A stretch of DNA of 64,000 nucleotides from Gammaproteobacteria bacterium (lineage in GTDB: Bacteria > Pseudomonadota > Gammaproteobacteria > JABABF01). The notes under the pieces were generated by a model that ran no database searches, was not told the origin of the DNA, and was given only the letters and a program-made list of their open reading frames with translations. The DNA lies in contig OZ250153.1 of the NCBI GenBank assembly GCA_965237805.1, positions 1,152,001-1,216,000 on the forward strand, given 5' to 3'. Shown in pieces: positions 38,737-48,949 of the stretch; within the stretch, counting starts at the first letter, position 1; every line of letters begins with the position of its first letter. The position numbers and the translations under genes were made by a program.

Positions 38737-39504
38737 ATGGCATCTGAGTTGACTTGGGATAAAGCCATACGAAAAATGCTTGGCGATTCCCCGCGGCCGC
38801 TTCATTCTACCGAGATTGCGGAGCTGATTCAATTGGCAGGGCTTCGTGCCAACTATGGAGCAACACCCAGCGCCACGGTGGCGGCAAGAATTTATACATC
38901 GATTAAAAATAATAGGGAAAAATCCCCGTATATTCAAGTTTCCAAAGGCATATTTAGCCTGCGGGAGCATAGTGTCAGTCAGCCAGTGCAGGAGGCAAGT
39001 GCTGCGGTTCAAGACGAGGGGGTGCAAATTCCCATGGTGTCTTCTTTCGGCATATATTGGAAACAGGATGGTGTGGATTGGTCCAAGAGCTCACCACAGT
39101 TATTGGGTGTACAAGGACTAGGTGCAAAACCTGTTAATTTCTGTGAACAAGTCGGTATCTATATGCTATATGATGTCAGGGAAGTGATTTATGTTGGTCG
39201 CGCTGAAGATTCTATTGGAAAAAGGTTGTACGCACATACCAGAGACCGTCTCTCTGCCAGATGGGACAGATTTTCTTGGTTTGGCATGAAGCCCGTTTCT
39301 GAAGGAGGTAAGCTTGGGAAAACCCCAACTAAATACGCCGCGAAAAACTGTATCCCGACTCTTGAGGCGCTCCTCATCGAGGCCCTCGAACCTCGGCAAA
39401 ACAGAAAAAGAGGTGATGATTTTTCTGCGTTTGAATATTTGCAGAAACTAGATCCTGTTATTGAAAAGAAGAGAGTCCAGAGATTTATCGCTGACAAACT
39501 TTAG
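38737..39504 (+). CDS. HARE-HTH + GIY-YIG nuclease domain protein
   Basis: N-terminal TW..AI..ML...PLH..EI...GATP.ATV.A.IY..I; C-terminal GIYMLY...IYVG...RL..H and EALLIE...P..N; AT-richer than flanks. Confidence 0.8.
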   Translation: MASELTWDKAIRKMLGDSPRPLHSTEIAELIQLAGLRANYGATPSATVAARIYTSIKNNREKSPYIQVSKGIFSLREHSVSQPVQEASAAVQDEGVQIPMVSSFGIYWKQDGVDWSKSSPQLLGVQGLGAKPVNFCEQVGIYMLYDVREVIYVGRAEDSIGKRLYAHTRDRLSARWDRFSWFGMKPVSEGGKLGKTPTKYAAKNCIPTLEALLIEALEPRQNRKRGDDFSAFEYLQKLDPVIEKKRVQRFIADKL

Positions 39505-39611
39505 TGCATGAGAAATCTGAGCGAGCCGGGTAATCTCCTGGGCTTTATCTTGGGCGTTGATCGGGCTGTACTCAATATCCTTTTCGACTTATGGGGTTCG
39601 CTCCAGAGAGC

Positions 39612-39881
39612 TTATCCCTTAAAGAGCTCGGAATGTGAGCCAGTGCGCGCCAAGTGTAGCTTGTCTTTTTCAATACGATAAATCACGAGCCAGTCTGGCG
39701 CGAGATGCCCCCGGTAATTCGCCCAATTTCCCTGTAGCCGGTGGTCGCGATAGCGTGCGGGCAACGGCCTTTTCTGCTGAATCAACAACTCCAGAAACAC
39801 TCTGAGCTGATTTGGACCATGGTTGCGTGAGTGGGCTTTTTTCACGTCGCGCTTAAACTGCGCGGATCGTGCGATCTGCAT
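39612..39881 (-). CDS. YafQ-family (RelE-like) toxin
   Basis: QFKRD.K, LP.RYRDH.L.GNW, H..PDWL.IY, RTGSHSELF. Confidence 0.9.
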   Translation of the reverse strand: MQIARSAQFKRDVKKAHSRNHGPNQLRVFLELLIQQKRPLPARYRDHRLQGNWANYRGHLAPDWLVIYRIEKDKLHLARTGSHSELFKG

Positions 39882-39885
39882 GATC

Positions 39886-40095
39886 TCAGATGCCTAGGTC
39901 GCGGAACATCTCCTCGGCGTTATCGAACTGCTCAGCTTTTCCCGCATCCAGCTCTTTCATGGCTTTAATCGTGGTGGGGTTGGGTGTTGGTGCGGTGTCT
40001 GGCAACCACTTTGCGCCCGCTACCGTAGCCCGCAGTTTTTGCGCTTTGGCTTTGCTCTCAACCTGCTGATGCACCCCTGCCTCTGTACTCATCAC
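39886..40095 (-). CDS. DinJ/RelB-family antitoxin, internally shortened
   Basis: C-terminal PNPTTIKAMKELDAGK..F....EMFRDLGI; 4 bp upstream of the toxin. Confidence 0.7.
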   Translation of the reverse strand: MMSTEAGVHQQVESKAKAQKLRATVAGAKWLPDTAPTPNPTTIKAMKELDAGKAEQFDNAEEMFRDLGI

Positions 40096-40161
40096 ATCTG
40101 CTCCTGTATCTGGGAGCTAAATATAGTTGTCAACACCTACCATGTCAAATAAAAGCCCCCC

Positions 40162-42264
40162 TCAAACCGCCCCATACCTTGCCTTCTCCCCTAGCCACCT
40201 GCGCACCAGCGGGGCCACGCTCTCGGGGTGCTCGCGCATCAGCTGCGCGGCGTAGCGGCGCACTTCCGGCTGTAGATCGAGGTCGCGGCGCAGCTCGGCG
40301 ATGCGAAATTGCATGATGCCGGTCTGGCGGGTGCCGAGCACTTCGCCCGGTCCGCGTAGCTCCAGATCGCGCTCGGCGATGACGAAGCCGTCGTGGTGGT
40401 CGCGTATCGCCTCCAGCCGTGTGCGTGCGTTCGCCGATAGCGGCGAGCCGTAGAGCAAGACGCAGTGGCTCTGCTCGGCACCGCGCCCGATGCGCCCGCG
40501 CAACTGATGCAGCTGCGATAGGCCGAGTCGCTCGGGGTTTTCGATCACCATCAGGCTGGCGCTGGGCACATCGACGCCGACTTCCACCACGGTCGTCGCC
40601 ACCAGCAGTGCTGTCTCCCCGGCGCGGAAGGCGCGCATCACCGCCGCTTTTTCGCGCACGCCGTGGCGGCCGTGCACCAAGCCGATCTGCAATTCTGGCA
40701 GCGCTTTGCGCAGCCGTGCGGCGGTCTCCTCGGCCGCTTGGCATTGCAGGTTCTCGGATTCTTCCACCAAGGTGCAGATCCAGTAGGCTTGGCGTCCTGC
40801 GGCGCAGGCGGCGCGCACTCGGCTCATCACCGCATCGCGGCGGCTCTCGCCGATCAATACGGTGCCCACCGGTTGGCGACCCGGCGGCAGCTCGTCGATC
40901 ACCGAGCAATCCAAATCGCTGTAGGCGCTCATCGTCAAGGTGCGCGGGATCGGTGTCGCGGTCATGATCAGCTGGTGTGGCGCCGCGTCGCTGCCCTTGT
41001 CACTCAGCGTCAGGCGCTGGTGGACGCCGAAGCGGTGCTGCTCGTCGATGACGACCAAGCCGAGCTGCGCGAAACGCACATCCTCCTGCAACAGCGCGTG
41101 GGTGCCGACGGCCAGCACGGCGTCGCCGGTCGCCAGCTCGGACAGCAGTTTTTTGCGCCGCTGGCCGCGAGCGCGGCGGGTCAGGCTGATGACGCGCAGC
41201 TGCAATGCACCCAGCCAGCGCTCAAATGACAGCAAGTGCTGCTCGGCCAAGATTTCGGTCGGTGCCATGATGGCGACTTGGCAGCCAGCGGCGATTGCCT
41301 GCACCGCCGCCAGTGCCGCCACCGCGGTTTTTCCGGAACCGACATCGCCCTGTAGCAGGCGTAGCATCGGCACAGCGCGCGACAGGTCGCCTGCGATTTC
41401 GGTCGCCACCCGCTCTTGCGCCGCTGTCAACTCGAAGCCGAATTCGTCGCGTAGGGCGGTCTGCAGCGCGGGCGCTGGCGGCAGTGCTGGCGCGGTGCGG
41501 CTGCGCACGGCGCGGCGCACTTGCAATAGGCTCAGCCGGTGCGCGAGCAGTTCCTCAAAGGCGAGCCGCCGCTGGCAGGGGTGACGCCCAGCTTCCAACT
41601 CCGTCAGCGGTGCGTCGGGCGGTGGGGCGTGTAGGTAGCGCAGCGCAGCGGCCAAATCGCTGCCGCTGCCGCCCAGCTGTGGCGGTGTCGGCAGCCAGTC
41701 CGATAGCCCGCCTGCGGCCAACTCTCGCAGCGCGGCGGCGGTGGCGCGGCGCAGGGCGTATTGGTTGAGGCCGGCGGTGGATGGGTAGACCGGGCTCAGG
41801 CATTGCTCGGCCTCCGGCTCGCCGACGCGCAGCACATGCACTTCCGGATGAGACATCTCGAGGCGGCGGCCCTGGCTGCGCAGCTCGCCGAAGCAGCGCA
41901 CCCGGGCACCGGGCTGCAGCAGGCGGCGCAGCCACGGCTGGTGGTTGAAGAAACGCAGCCGGAGTATCCCGCTGTCGTCGGCCACCTCGCAGCTCAAGCT
42001 GCGGCGTCCTCGGTAGACTTCGTCGCAGCGCAGCACCTGTCCGACGATCACCGCCTTGCCCGCTGCTGTCAGCTCGGCGATGGGGCTGATGCGGGTGCGG
42101 TCCTCATAGCGCATCGGCAGGTGGAACAGCAGATCTTGAACTGTGTCGATGCCCAAGTTCTCGGTCAGCAGGCGGGCTGTCTGCGGATCCATCTTGGGCA
42201 GGGCCGCGACGGAGAGCTGCTCCAAGGGGAGGTTCACGGGGGTGGATCTTGGCGCTGGCGACAT
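40162..42264 (-). CDS. recG: ATP-dependent DNA helicase RecG
   Basis: LLQGDVGSGKT, APTEILAEQH, IDEQHRFGV, MTATPIPRT, QLHQLRGRIGRG, RGPGE. Confidence 0.97.
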   Translation of the reverse strand: MSPAPRSTPVNLPLEQLSVAALPKMDPQTARLLTENLGIDTVQDLLFHLPMRYEDRTRISPIAELTAAGKAVIVGQVLRCDEVYRGRRSLSCEVADDSGILRLRFFNHQPWLRRLLQPGARVRCFGELRSQGRRLEMSHPEVHVLRVGEPEAEQCLSPVYPSTAGLNQYALRRATAAALRELAAGGLSDWLPTPPQLGGSGSDLAAALRYLHAPPPDAPLTELEAGRHPCQRRLAFEELLAHRLSLLQVRRAVRSRTAPALPPAPALQTALRDEFGFELTAAQERVATEIAGDLSRAVPMLRLLQGDVGSGKTAVAALAAVQAIAAGCQVAIMAPTEILAEQHLLSFERWLGALQLRVISLTRRARGQRRKKLLSELATGDAVLAVGTHALLQEDVRFAQLGLVVIDEQHRFGVHQRLTLSDKGSDAAPHQLIMTATPIPRTLTMSAYSDLDCSVIDELPPGRQPVGTVLIGESRRDAVMSRVRAACAAGRQAYWICTLVEESENLQCQAAEETAARLRKALPELQIGLVHGRHGVREKAAVMRAFRAGETALLVATTVVEVGVDVPSASLMVIENPERLGLSQLHQLRGRIGRGAEQSHCVLLYGSPLSANARTRLEAIRDHHDGFVIAERDLELRGPGEVLGTRQTGIMQFRIAELRRDLDLQPEVRRYAAQLMREHPESVAPLVRRWLGEKARYGAV

Positions 42265-42362
42265 GCGGCTATTCTAATTTGTCGCCGGTCGCTCGCAGGC
42301 CGCTGTCGCGGTGTCCTTGTACACTGCCATCCACAACACGGGGCAGCTGGCGGGAGACAGCG

Positions 42363-43214
42363 ATGGCCAATGTTTTGATCGCCGGTTGTGGGGATGTCGG
42401 CAGCCGCGCAGGGCAGCGCTTGGCGGCGGTCGGTCACCGCCTGTGGGGGCTGCGCCGACGGGCGCTGGCGCTGCCCGCGCCGCTGCAGACGCTGGCGGCG
42501 GATCTCGCCGACCCCCGCGCGCTGCAGCGCGCCTTGGATGGCTTGAATTTCGACTATGTGCTCTACAGTGCCGCCGCAGATGAGTTCAGTGAGAGTGCCT
42601 ATCGGCGCATCTATGTGGACGGCCTGCGGCAGCTGCTGGCGGCCTTGGAGCAGCCCCCTCGCCTGTTGTTGTTCTGCTCCAGCACCAGTGTCTACCACCA
42701 AGCCGACGGTGAGTGGGTGGCTGAGGACAGTGTCACCGAGCCGTCCGGCTTCTCCGGTCGCTGCATGCTCGAGGGCGAGGCGCTGCTCGACGGGCGGGCG
42801 GCCTCGGTGCTGCGCCTGTCGGGCATTTACGGGCCGGGGCGCACGGGCCTGCTGCAGCGGGTGCGCGGTGGCGCGCCCTGCCCGCGCCAACCGCCGTTGT
42901 ACAGCAACCGCATCCACAGCGAGGACGCGGCCGGTGCCATCGCCCACCTCGTGGCGCGTGCCGAGGCGGGCACAGCAGCTCCCGCCCGGCTGCTCCTGAG
43001 CGACAGCGAGCCAGCACCGCTGCGCGAGGTGGTGGATTGGCTGGCAGGGGAGCTGGGTGTGGCACCGCCTCCCGACAGCGGCGATGCCGACGCGTCTTCA
43101 TCGCGCCCACGCGGCAGCAAGCGCTGCCGCAACACCGCATTGCTTGCCACTGGCTACCAGCTGCGCTATCCCAGCTTCAGGGAGGGCTATGGGGAGTTGA
43201 TCAGCGGACGCTAG
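42363..43214 (+). CDS. Atypical SDR / NAD-dependent epimerase (YeeZ-like)
   Basis: IAGCGDVG, SSTSVY, RLSGIYGPGR, NRIHSED, YPSFREG. Confidence 0.85.
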   Translation: MANVLIAGCGDVGSRAGQRLAAVGHRLWGLRRRALALPAPLQTLAADLADPRALQRALDGLNFDYVLYSAAADEFSESAYRRIYVDGLRQLLAALEQPPRLLLFCSSTSVYHQADGEWVAEDSVTEPSGFSGRCMLEGEALLDGRAASVLRLSGIYGPGRTGLLQRVRGGAPCPRQPPLYSNRIHSEDAAGAIAHLVARAEAGTAAPARLLLSDSEPAPLREVVDWLAGELGVAPPPDSGDADASSSRPRGSKRCRNTALLATGYQLRYPSFREGYGELISGR

Positions 43215-43231
43215 CGCCGCGCCAGACAGCC

Positions 43232-43624
43232 TCAGCCCTCGTCCAACACCAGCACGGCTTCCACTTCGATGGCCGCGCCCTTGGGCAGGGCGGCGACGCC
43301 GACGCAGGCGCGCGCTGGGTAGGGCTCGCTGAAATACTCAGCCATCAGCTCGTTGACACGGGCAAAATCGCCCAGATCTGTCAGCGAGATGTTCAGTTTG
43401 ACGGCGTTGTCCAAGCCGCCCCCAGCTGCCTCGGCGACGGCTTGCAAGTTGTCGAAGACGCGCCGGGTCTGCGCCGCGATGTCACCTTCGACCAATGTCA
43501 TCGTCTGTGGATCCAAGGGAATCTGTCCCGACAGATAGACGGTGTCGCCGCAACGCACCGCCTGCGAATAAGGGCCGATCGCCTGCGGTGCCCGCGGGTT
43601 GTGAATGATGGTGCGCCCGCTCAT
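43232..43624 (-). CDS. ridA: RidA-family enamine deaminase
   Basis: [36 protein letters not shown]. Confidence 0.92.
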   Translation of the reverse strand: MSGRTIIHNPRAPQAIGPYSQAVRCGDTVYLSGQIPLDPQTMTLVEGDIAAQTRRVFDNLQAVAEAAGGGLDNAVKLNISLTDLGDFARVNELMAEYFSEPYPARACVGVAALPKGAAIEVEAVLVLDEG

Positions 43625-43670
43625 CTCGCCCACTCATCGCGGTGGCGTTGCGCTGTTGCCAGTGCGGCTG

Positions 43671-45902
43671 TCACTGGTTGGCCTGCCGGTGTACTTGGCT
43701 GACATGCGACATGCGGTGGATGCCGCGCATGATGCTGGCCAAGTGCACGCGGTCGCGCACGCCAACCGTCAGCAAGATGCGCGCCGAGCCAGCTTCTTGA
43801 TCTTCGATGTTGATGCCCTCGATGTCGCTTTCGCACTCCTGCACACGGCTCGCCAACTGCGCTAGGGCACCGCGTCCGTTCTTCATCGCCACCGCCAGCC
43901 TAGCGCTGAACTCGCCGTCCACTTCTTCGGCCCATTGCAGGGGCACCAGCTCCGCCGCCTCGGTGCCGCCAGCGGACAGATTGTGGCAGCCCTGTGCGTG
44001 TACCACCAGCCCGCGTCCGGCACTCAACTGGCCGATGATCTGGTCGCCGGGCACCGGCCCGCAACAGCCGCCGAACTGGACCACCAAGCCCTCACTACCG
44101 TGGATGCTCAGCGGCTGGTGGCGCGATCGGATGCCGAAGTAGCGCGGCAGGTCCCACCAGCTCCGGTCGCTGCCCACATCCGAGGCATGCACCAAGCGGT
44201 GTGCGACGAGCAGTACCGGTAGATCACCGAAACCGATCTCAGCCAGCTGTTGCTCGAAATCCCCCGGCTCGGCTGGGCGGCTTTTGCCACCTGTGCCATC
44301 GTTTCCCGTCGCATCGCGCAACAGTTGCGCGGCTTTGTCCTCACCGCCCAGCGCCGCCAGCGAGGTGCCCAAGCTGATCAAGCGGTTTTCCAGCAGCTGG
44401 CGGCCGAGGGAGATTGCATCCTCGCGTTGCCGCCGCCTGAGCGATTGGCGGATGCGCGCACGCGCCTTGGGAGTGACCACCCAAGCGAGCCATTCCGGTG
44501 ATGGGCGGATCTTGGAGTCGGTCAGGATTTCGACTGTTTGGCCACTGCTCAGCGGTGTCGAGCGTGTGCTGATGCGGCGGTTTACCTTGCAACCAGCGCA
44601 GTGGTCGCCGATATTCGAGTGGATGGCATAGGCGAAATCCAATGGTGTGGCCCCGCATGGTAGCGAGCGAATGGCTCCCTTGGGGGTGATGACGAAGATC
44701 TCGTCCGAATAGAGGTCGGCGCGCAGTTGTTCGAGGAACTCTAGCGAGTCGCCAGCTTGTCGTTGCATCTCCAACAGGCCGCGCACCCACCGGCGCAAGC
44801 GCTGCTGGTCGGCGACCCCGCCCGTCTGGCTGTCGCTACCTTTGTACAGCCAGTGTGCGGCGATGCCGTGGTTTGCCATCTCCTCCATCTCGTGGGTGCG
44901 GATCTGCACTTCCACTCGCACTTGTTGGCGCCCGAACAGAGCGGTGTGCAAGGATTGGTAGCCATTGGGCTTGGGAATGGCGATGTAGTCGTCGAAGCTG
45001 CTGGGCACCGGTTTGTAGAGGCTGTGCACCACGCCCAGCGCGTGGTAGCAAGAGCGCACGTCGTTGACGATGATGCGAAAGCCGAACACATCCATCAGGT
45101 CGGCAAAGGAAGTGCCTCGGCGCACTTTGTCGTAGATTGCGTAGATGCTTTTTTCTCGGCCGTAGACGCGTGCCTCGATGCTCTCTTCCTGCAGACGCTG
45201 TTCGATCTCCCCTTTGATGTCGGCGATCAGCTCGCGATGTCCGCCGCGTGCCCGCTCCACCACCGAGCTGATGAGCCTTGCCCGCATGGGGTAGAGCGCG
45301 CTGAAGGCGCGTTCCTCCAGCTCGACACGCATCTTGTCCATGCCCAGCCGCGCGGCGATTGGGGCGTAGAAGCTCAATGTTTCGCGGGCGATGCGCCGCT
45401 GGCGTGGGCGCGGCAACACGCCGATGGTGCGGATGTTGTGGAGGCGGTCAACCAGTTTCAGTAGGATGACGCGGATATCCCGCGCCATCGCCAGCATCAT
45501 TTTCTGGAAGTTGTCGGCCTGTTGTTCATCGCGGGTTCGGTCTTCGATTTGGTCCAGCTTAGTGACCCCATCGACCAGCATGGCCACGGCATCGCCAAAG
45601 AGTTGCCGCAGCGTTGCTGGCTCGACGCTGCAATCTTCCTGTACATCGTGGAGCAGGCCAGCGGCGATGCACTCGGCATCCATGCGCATATCACCCAGAA
45701 TGCCAGCGACCGCCAGCGGGTGCATGATGAAAGGCTCGCCGCTATCGCGCTGTTGTCCGTCATGGGCTTGTGCCGCATAGCGGGCGGCTCGTGCCACCAA
45801 TTGCGCTTGCGTCGGCGACAGGTAGTCTTGAAGTGCCGCGCTGAGCTGGTCGATCGCCGCGCCCACCGCATCTGCGGGGGCGTTGCCGACCTGCGGCGTC
45901 AA
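43671..45902 (-). CDS. spoT: Bifunctional (p)ppGpp synthetase/hydrolase
   Basis: H.GQ.R.SGEPF..HP, LLHD, DRLHN, PKPNGYQSLHT, TGS and ACT domains; downstream of rpoZ. Start approximate (TTG). Confidence 0.93.
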   Translation of the reverse strand: MTPQVGNAPADAVGAAIDQLSAALQDYLSPTQAQLVARAARYAAQAHDGQQRDSGEPFIMHPLAVAGILGDMRMDAECIAAGLLHDVQEDCSVEPATLRQLFGDAVAMLVDGVTKLDQIEDRTRDEQQADNFQKMMLAMARDIRVILLKLVDRLHNIRTIGVLPRPRQRRIARETLSFYAPIAARLGMDKMRVELEERAFSALYPMRARLISSVVERARGGHRELIADIKGEIEQRLQEESIEARVYGREKSIYAIYDKVRRGTSFADLMDVFGFRIIVNDVRSCYHALGVVHSLYKPVPSSFDDYIAIPKPNGYQSLHTALFGRQQVRVEVQIRTHEMEEMANHGIAAHWLYKGSDSQTGGVADQQRLRRWVRGLLEMQRQAGDSLEFLEQLRADLYSDEIFVITPKGAIRSLPCGATPLDFAYAIHSNIGDHCAGCKVNRRISTRSTPLSSGQTVEILTDSKIRPSPEWLAWVVTPKARARIRQSLRRRQREDAISLGRQLLENRLISLGTSLAALGGEDKAAQLLRDATGNDGTGGKSRPAEPGDFEQQLAEIGFGDLPVLLVAHRLVHASDVGSDRSWWDLPRYFGIRSRHQPLSIHGSEGLVVQFGGCCGPVPGDQIIGQLSAGRGLVVHAQGCHNLSAGGTEAAELVPLQWAEEVDGEFSARLAVAMKNGRGALAQLASRVQECESDIEGINIEDQEAGSARILLTVGVRDRVHLASIMRGIHRMSHVSQVHRQANQ

Positions 45903-45921
45903 AGGGAGGAGACAGTCAGGC

Positions 45922-46374
45922 TCAGTCGCCAGCTGGGGTGCTTTCGCTTTTTGTCTGGCCCGCTTCGGCACTGTCTGAAGCCTCGTCATCGGTGTCATTT
46001 GCCACGCTGTCGACGGCATCTGCGACGCTGCTGTCTGGTGTAGCATCGCTCAGCGCTTCTGCTGTGTCCGCTTCGACCTCGTCCTCTTCATCGTCAAAAC
46101 CGATCGGGGTGACGGGCGGCTGCTCTTTCAAGCCGCTGAATTGGCTCAGCAGGTCTTGACCGAAGTCGAAGTGTTCTTCGACGCTGTCGGTGGTCACCTG
46201 CCCGGCTTCCACTTCTCGCAGGGCAATCACTGTCGGCTTGTCGTCTTCGACGGCGACGAAGGAATCGCCGCCCCGTACCAATTGCCGAGCCCGTTTTGTC
46301 GCTGTCAGCACCAAGTCGAAAGCATTGCCCATGCCCGGTTGCCGCAGGCATCTTTCTACCGTAATTCGTGCCAT
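45922..46374 (-). CDS. rpoZ: RNA polymerase omega subunit with long acidic tail
   Basis: [34 protein letters not shown]. Confidence 0.95.
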   Translation of the reverse strand: MARITVERCLRQPGMGNAFDLVLTATKRARQLVRGGDSFVAVEDDKPTVIALREVEAGQVTTDSVEEHFDFGQDLLSQFSGLKEQPPVTPIGFDDEEDEVEADTAEALSDATPDSSVADAVDSVANDTDDEASDSAEAGQTKSESTPAGD

Positions 46375-46455
46375 TATCAGATCTCAGCTGCGTTAGCTTG
46401 CGGTGGTCTCAGGGTCGGTAATTATAGCACCACCGCCTATCTCGACCTTTCGCAC

Positions 46456-47097
46456 TTAGCTGGCATCGGCTTCCCACAGCTGCTGTAGCAGTGCGTCGTG
46501 GCGGGCTTCTTGGCAGCGGCGCAGCAGTGCACCGCCGCTCAGTGCGCGGCGCAGGTCCGCCAGCGCCTGCTCGAAGTACTCGTTGATGATCAGGTAGTCG
46601 GCGCTGCGGGCGTGGCGCATATCCGCCACGGCGCTCGCCAAGCGGCGGTGGCGCAGCTCGGGCGCTTCGCTGCCGCGCCCGTCGAGGCGTGTGCCCAGCG
46701 CGCCGAGGCTGGGCGGCAAGATGAAGACCCACACCCCTTGGGGCATTGCCTCGCGCACCTGCAGAGCACCTTGCCAATCGATTTCCAGCAACACATCGCG
46801 CTCGTCCGCCAAGGTCTGCTCGACCCATTGGCGAGAGCTGCCGTACTGATGGCCGAAGACCTCGGCGTGCTCAAGGAACTCCCCCGCTGCCACCATATCG
46901 GCGAAGTGTGGCGGGTCGATGAAGTGGTACTCGACCCCTTCGGTCTCGCCATCACGTTTCGGGCGCGTGGTGTAGGACACCGACACGGCGATGCGGTCTT
47001 GGTCACGTGCCAGCGCCGCCACCAAGCTGGATTTGCCGACGCCAGAGGGGCCGGAGATCGTATACAGGGCGTTGCGTGTTGTGGGGGTGGGGGGCAC
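46456..47097 (-). CDS. gmk: Guanylate kinase
   Basis: SGPSGVGKSS, SYTTRPKR, EHAEVFG, EIDWQGA, PPS. Confidence 0.95.
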   Translation of the reverse strand: MPPTPTTRNALYTISGPSGVGKSSLVAALARDQDRIAVSVSYTTRPKRDGETEGVEYHFIDPPHFADMVAAGEFLEHAEVFGHQYGSSRQWVEQTLADERDVLLEIDWQGALQVREAMPQGVWVFILPPSLGALGTRLDGRGSEAPELRHRRLASAVADMRHARSADYLIINEYFEQALADLRRALSGGALLRRCQEARHDALLQQLWEADAS

Positions 47098-47202
47098 GGC
47101 GGAGTCACAGCCGATGGGTGTTGGCGGTTATTCTAGTGTTTGGCGGTGTACGGTGTGGATCGCTTGTGCCGTCGGTGTGCAGGCTGTGGCAGGAGGTGGA
47201 CG

Positions 47203-47823
47203 ATGTCGGCTGGTGAGCGCTCTGGGAAAGCGTGGCGGGATGCTTTCCTGCACCTTGCGCTGGAGCGCGAAGCGTTGCGGCGCGGTGATTTCACGCTGAA
47301 GTCTGGCCGCCGTAGCGATTTCTTCTTCGATATGGGGCGGCTGTGTCGCGGTGGTGACCTGGCGCTACTCGGTCGCGCCTTTGCCGCCGAGCTGCTGGCG
47401 ATGGAAAGCACCGGTCATGTGAAGGTGGACATACTGTTCGGCCCGGCCTACAAGGGCATCCCATTGGTGGCGGCGACCGCGCAGGCTCTGGCCGTCGAGC
47501 ACGGTCGCGATTTGGCGTGGGCTTATGACCGCAAGCAAGAAAAGGATCACGGTGAGGGCGGGAGCTTGGTCGGCGCTGCCTTGCACGGCCGCCGCGTGGC
47601 GATCATCGACGATGTGTTGACGGCGGGCACCGCCGCCCGTGCTATGGCGGGGCGGCTACGAGATGCCGGTGCCGAAGTGGTGCTATTACTGGTGGCGGTG
47701 GATCGTGAGGAGCCGGGGCCGGGTGGCGGCCTAGCAGCTACAGAACTGGTGGCCGAGGGTTGGGTCGGCGCGGTCGGGCATATCGCCCGCCGCTCGGATT
47801 TTGAGAGCCTCAGCAATTCCTGA
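47203..47823 (+). CDS. pyrE: Orotate phosphoribosyltransferase
   Basis: FTLKSGR, FGPAYKGIP, RKQEKDHGEGG, IIDDVLTAGT; AGGAGG RBS. Confidence 0.95.
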   Translation: MSAGERSGKAWRDAFLHLALEREALRRGDFTLKSGRRSDFFFDMGRLCRGGDLALLGRAFAAELLAMESTGHVKVDILFGPAYKGIPLVAATAQALAVEHGRDLAWAYDRKQEKDHGEGGSLVGAALHGRRVAIIDDVLTAGTAARAMAGRLRDAGAEVVLLLVAVDREEPGPGGGLAATELVAEGWVGAVGHIARRSDFESLSNS

Positions 47824-47914
47824 AGGATCCCAGCGCGCTGACTTGTGCGTGCGATTTAGCAGCGACTTGCCAAACGTTGTCCGCGGTGCTCTATAGCCTG
47901 CTTCGCACCACTCC

Positions 47915-48820
47915 CTAGCCCAACTCCTCCGCCTCGACCAGTGTGCCGATACCGTGGTCGGTGAAGATCTCGATCAACGTCGCGTGCGTTGCGCGCGCAT
48001 CGATGATGTGGGCGCGCGGCACGCCGTTGGCGGTGGCTGCCAGAGCGCTCTCCAGCTTGGGCAGCATGCCGCCCGCCACTGCCCCGGCGGCGATCAGCTC
48101 ACGGGCGCGAGCCGATGTCACCGCCGCCAGCAGCGCGCCGTCAGCGTCCCGCACGCCCTCGACATCGGTCAGCAGGATCAGCTTGACGGCCTCCAAGGCG
48201 CTGGCGAGCTGGGCGGCCGCGGTGTCGGCGTTGATATTGAAGAGGCCGCCAGTCGGATCGTCGGCATCCACGCCAAGCGGGGCGATGACCGGAATCTGAT
48301 CAGCGCTCAGCGCTGTGGTGATGGCGTCCGTCGCCACCGAGCGCAGACGCCCGACCCGCCCCAATTCTTCCCGCCCCAGCGATTCGGCTCGTAGCGGGCT
48401 CTCGCTACCGCCGCACCAAGGGCAGGGGGAGGCCCCGGCCTCGGTGAGGGCTGCGACCACCTGCCGATTGACCTCGCCCAAGGCCTCGGCCACAGTTGCC
48501 ATCACTGCGGGTGTCGTCACCCGCAGACCGTCGATGAAGCGGCTCTCTATCCCGCGCTCGCGCAACAGGGCACCGATGTTCTTGCCGCCTCCGTGCACGA
48601 CGACGGGCTGCGCACCGACGGCCTGCAACAGCGCGATGTCGGCGCTGAAACGTCGCAGCAAGCCCTTGCCAGCCAAGGTGCTACCACCCAGTTTGATCAC
48701 CAGCGGTCGGTCGATCAACGGGCGCAGATAGGGCAGGGCTTCATGCAGCACCTCGGCGATGCGGATGCCGCTGTCGCGAGCCTCGTGTCGAGACTGGGCA
48801 GCTGGTTTTTTCTGCTGCAT
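47915..48820 (-). CDS. argB: Acetylglutamate kinase
   Basis: EALPY, IKLGG, VHGGG, GLRVT, NINAD, GGMLPK, EIFTDHGIGT. Confidence 0.95.
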   Translation of the reverse strand: MQQKKPAAQSRHEARDSGIRIAEVLHEALPYLRPLIDRPLVIKLGGSTLAGKGLLRRFSADIALLQAVGAQPVVVHGGGKNIGALLRERGIESRFIDGLRVTTPAVMATVAEALGEVNRQVVAALTEAGASPCPWCGGSESPLRAESLGREELGRVGRLRSVATDAITTALSADQIPVIAPLGVDADDPTGGLFNINADTAAAQLASALEAVKLILLTDVEGVRDADGALLAAVTSARARELIAAGAVAGGMLPKLESALAATANGVPRAHIIDARATHATLIEIFTDHGIGTLVEAEELG

Positions 48821-48949
48821 CACAGTGCCTTGAGCGGTGGGGCATCGCGGTTGACCATTGTATAGGCTACGTCGCGCACCGCTTGATATGGTCGCTGTTG
48901 TGGTAGTATCCACGATGGTTTTTTGCTAGGTGTTTAAGAGCCTTCTGAT

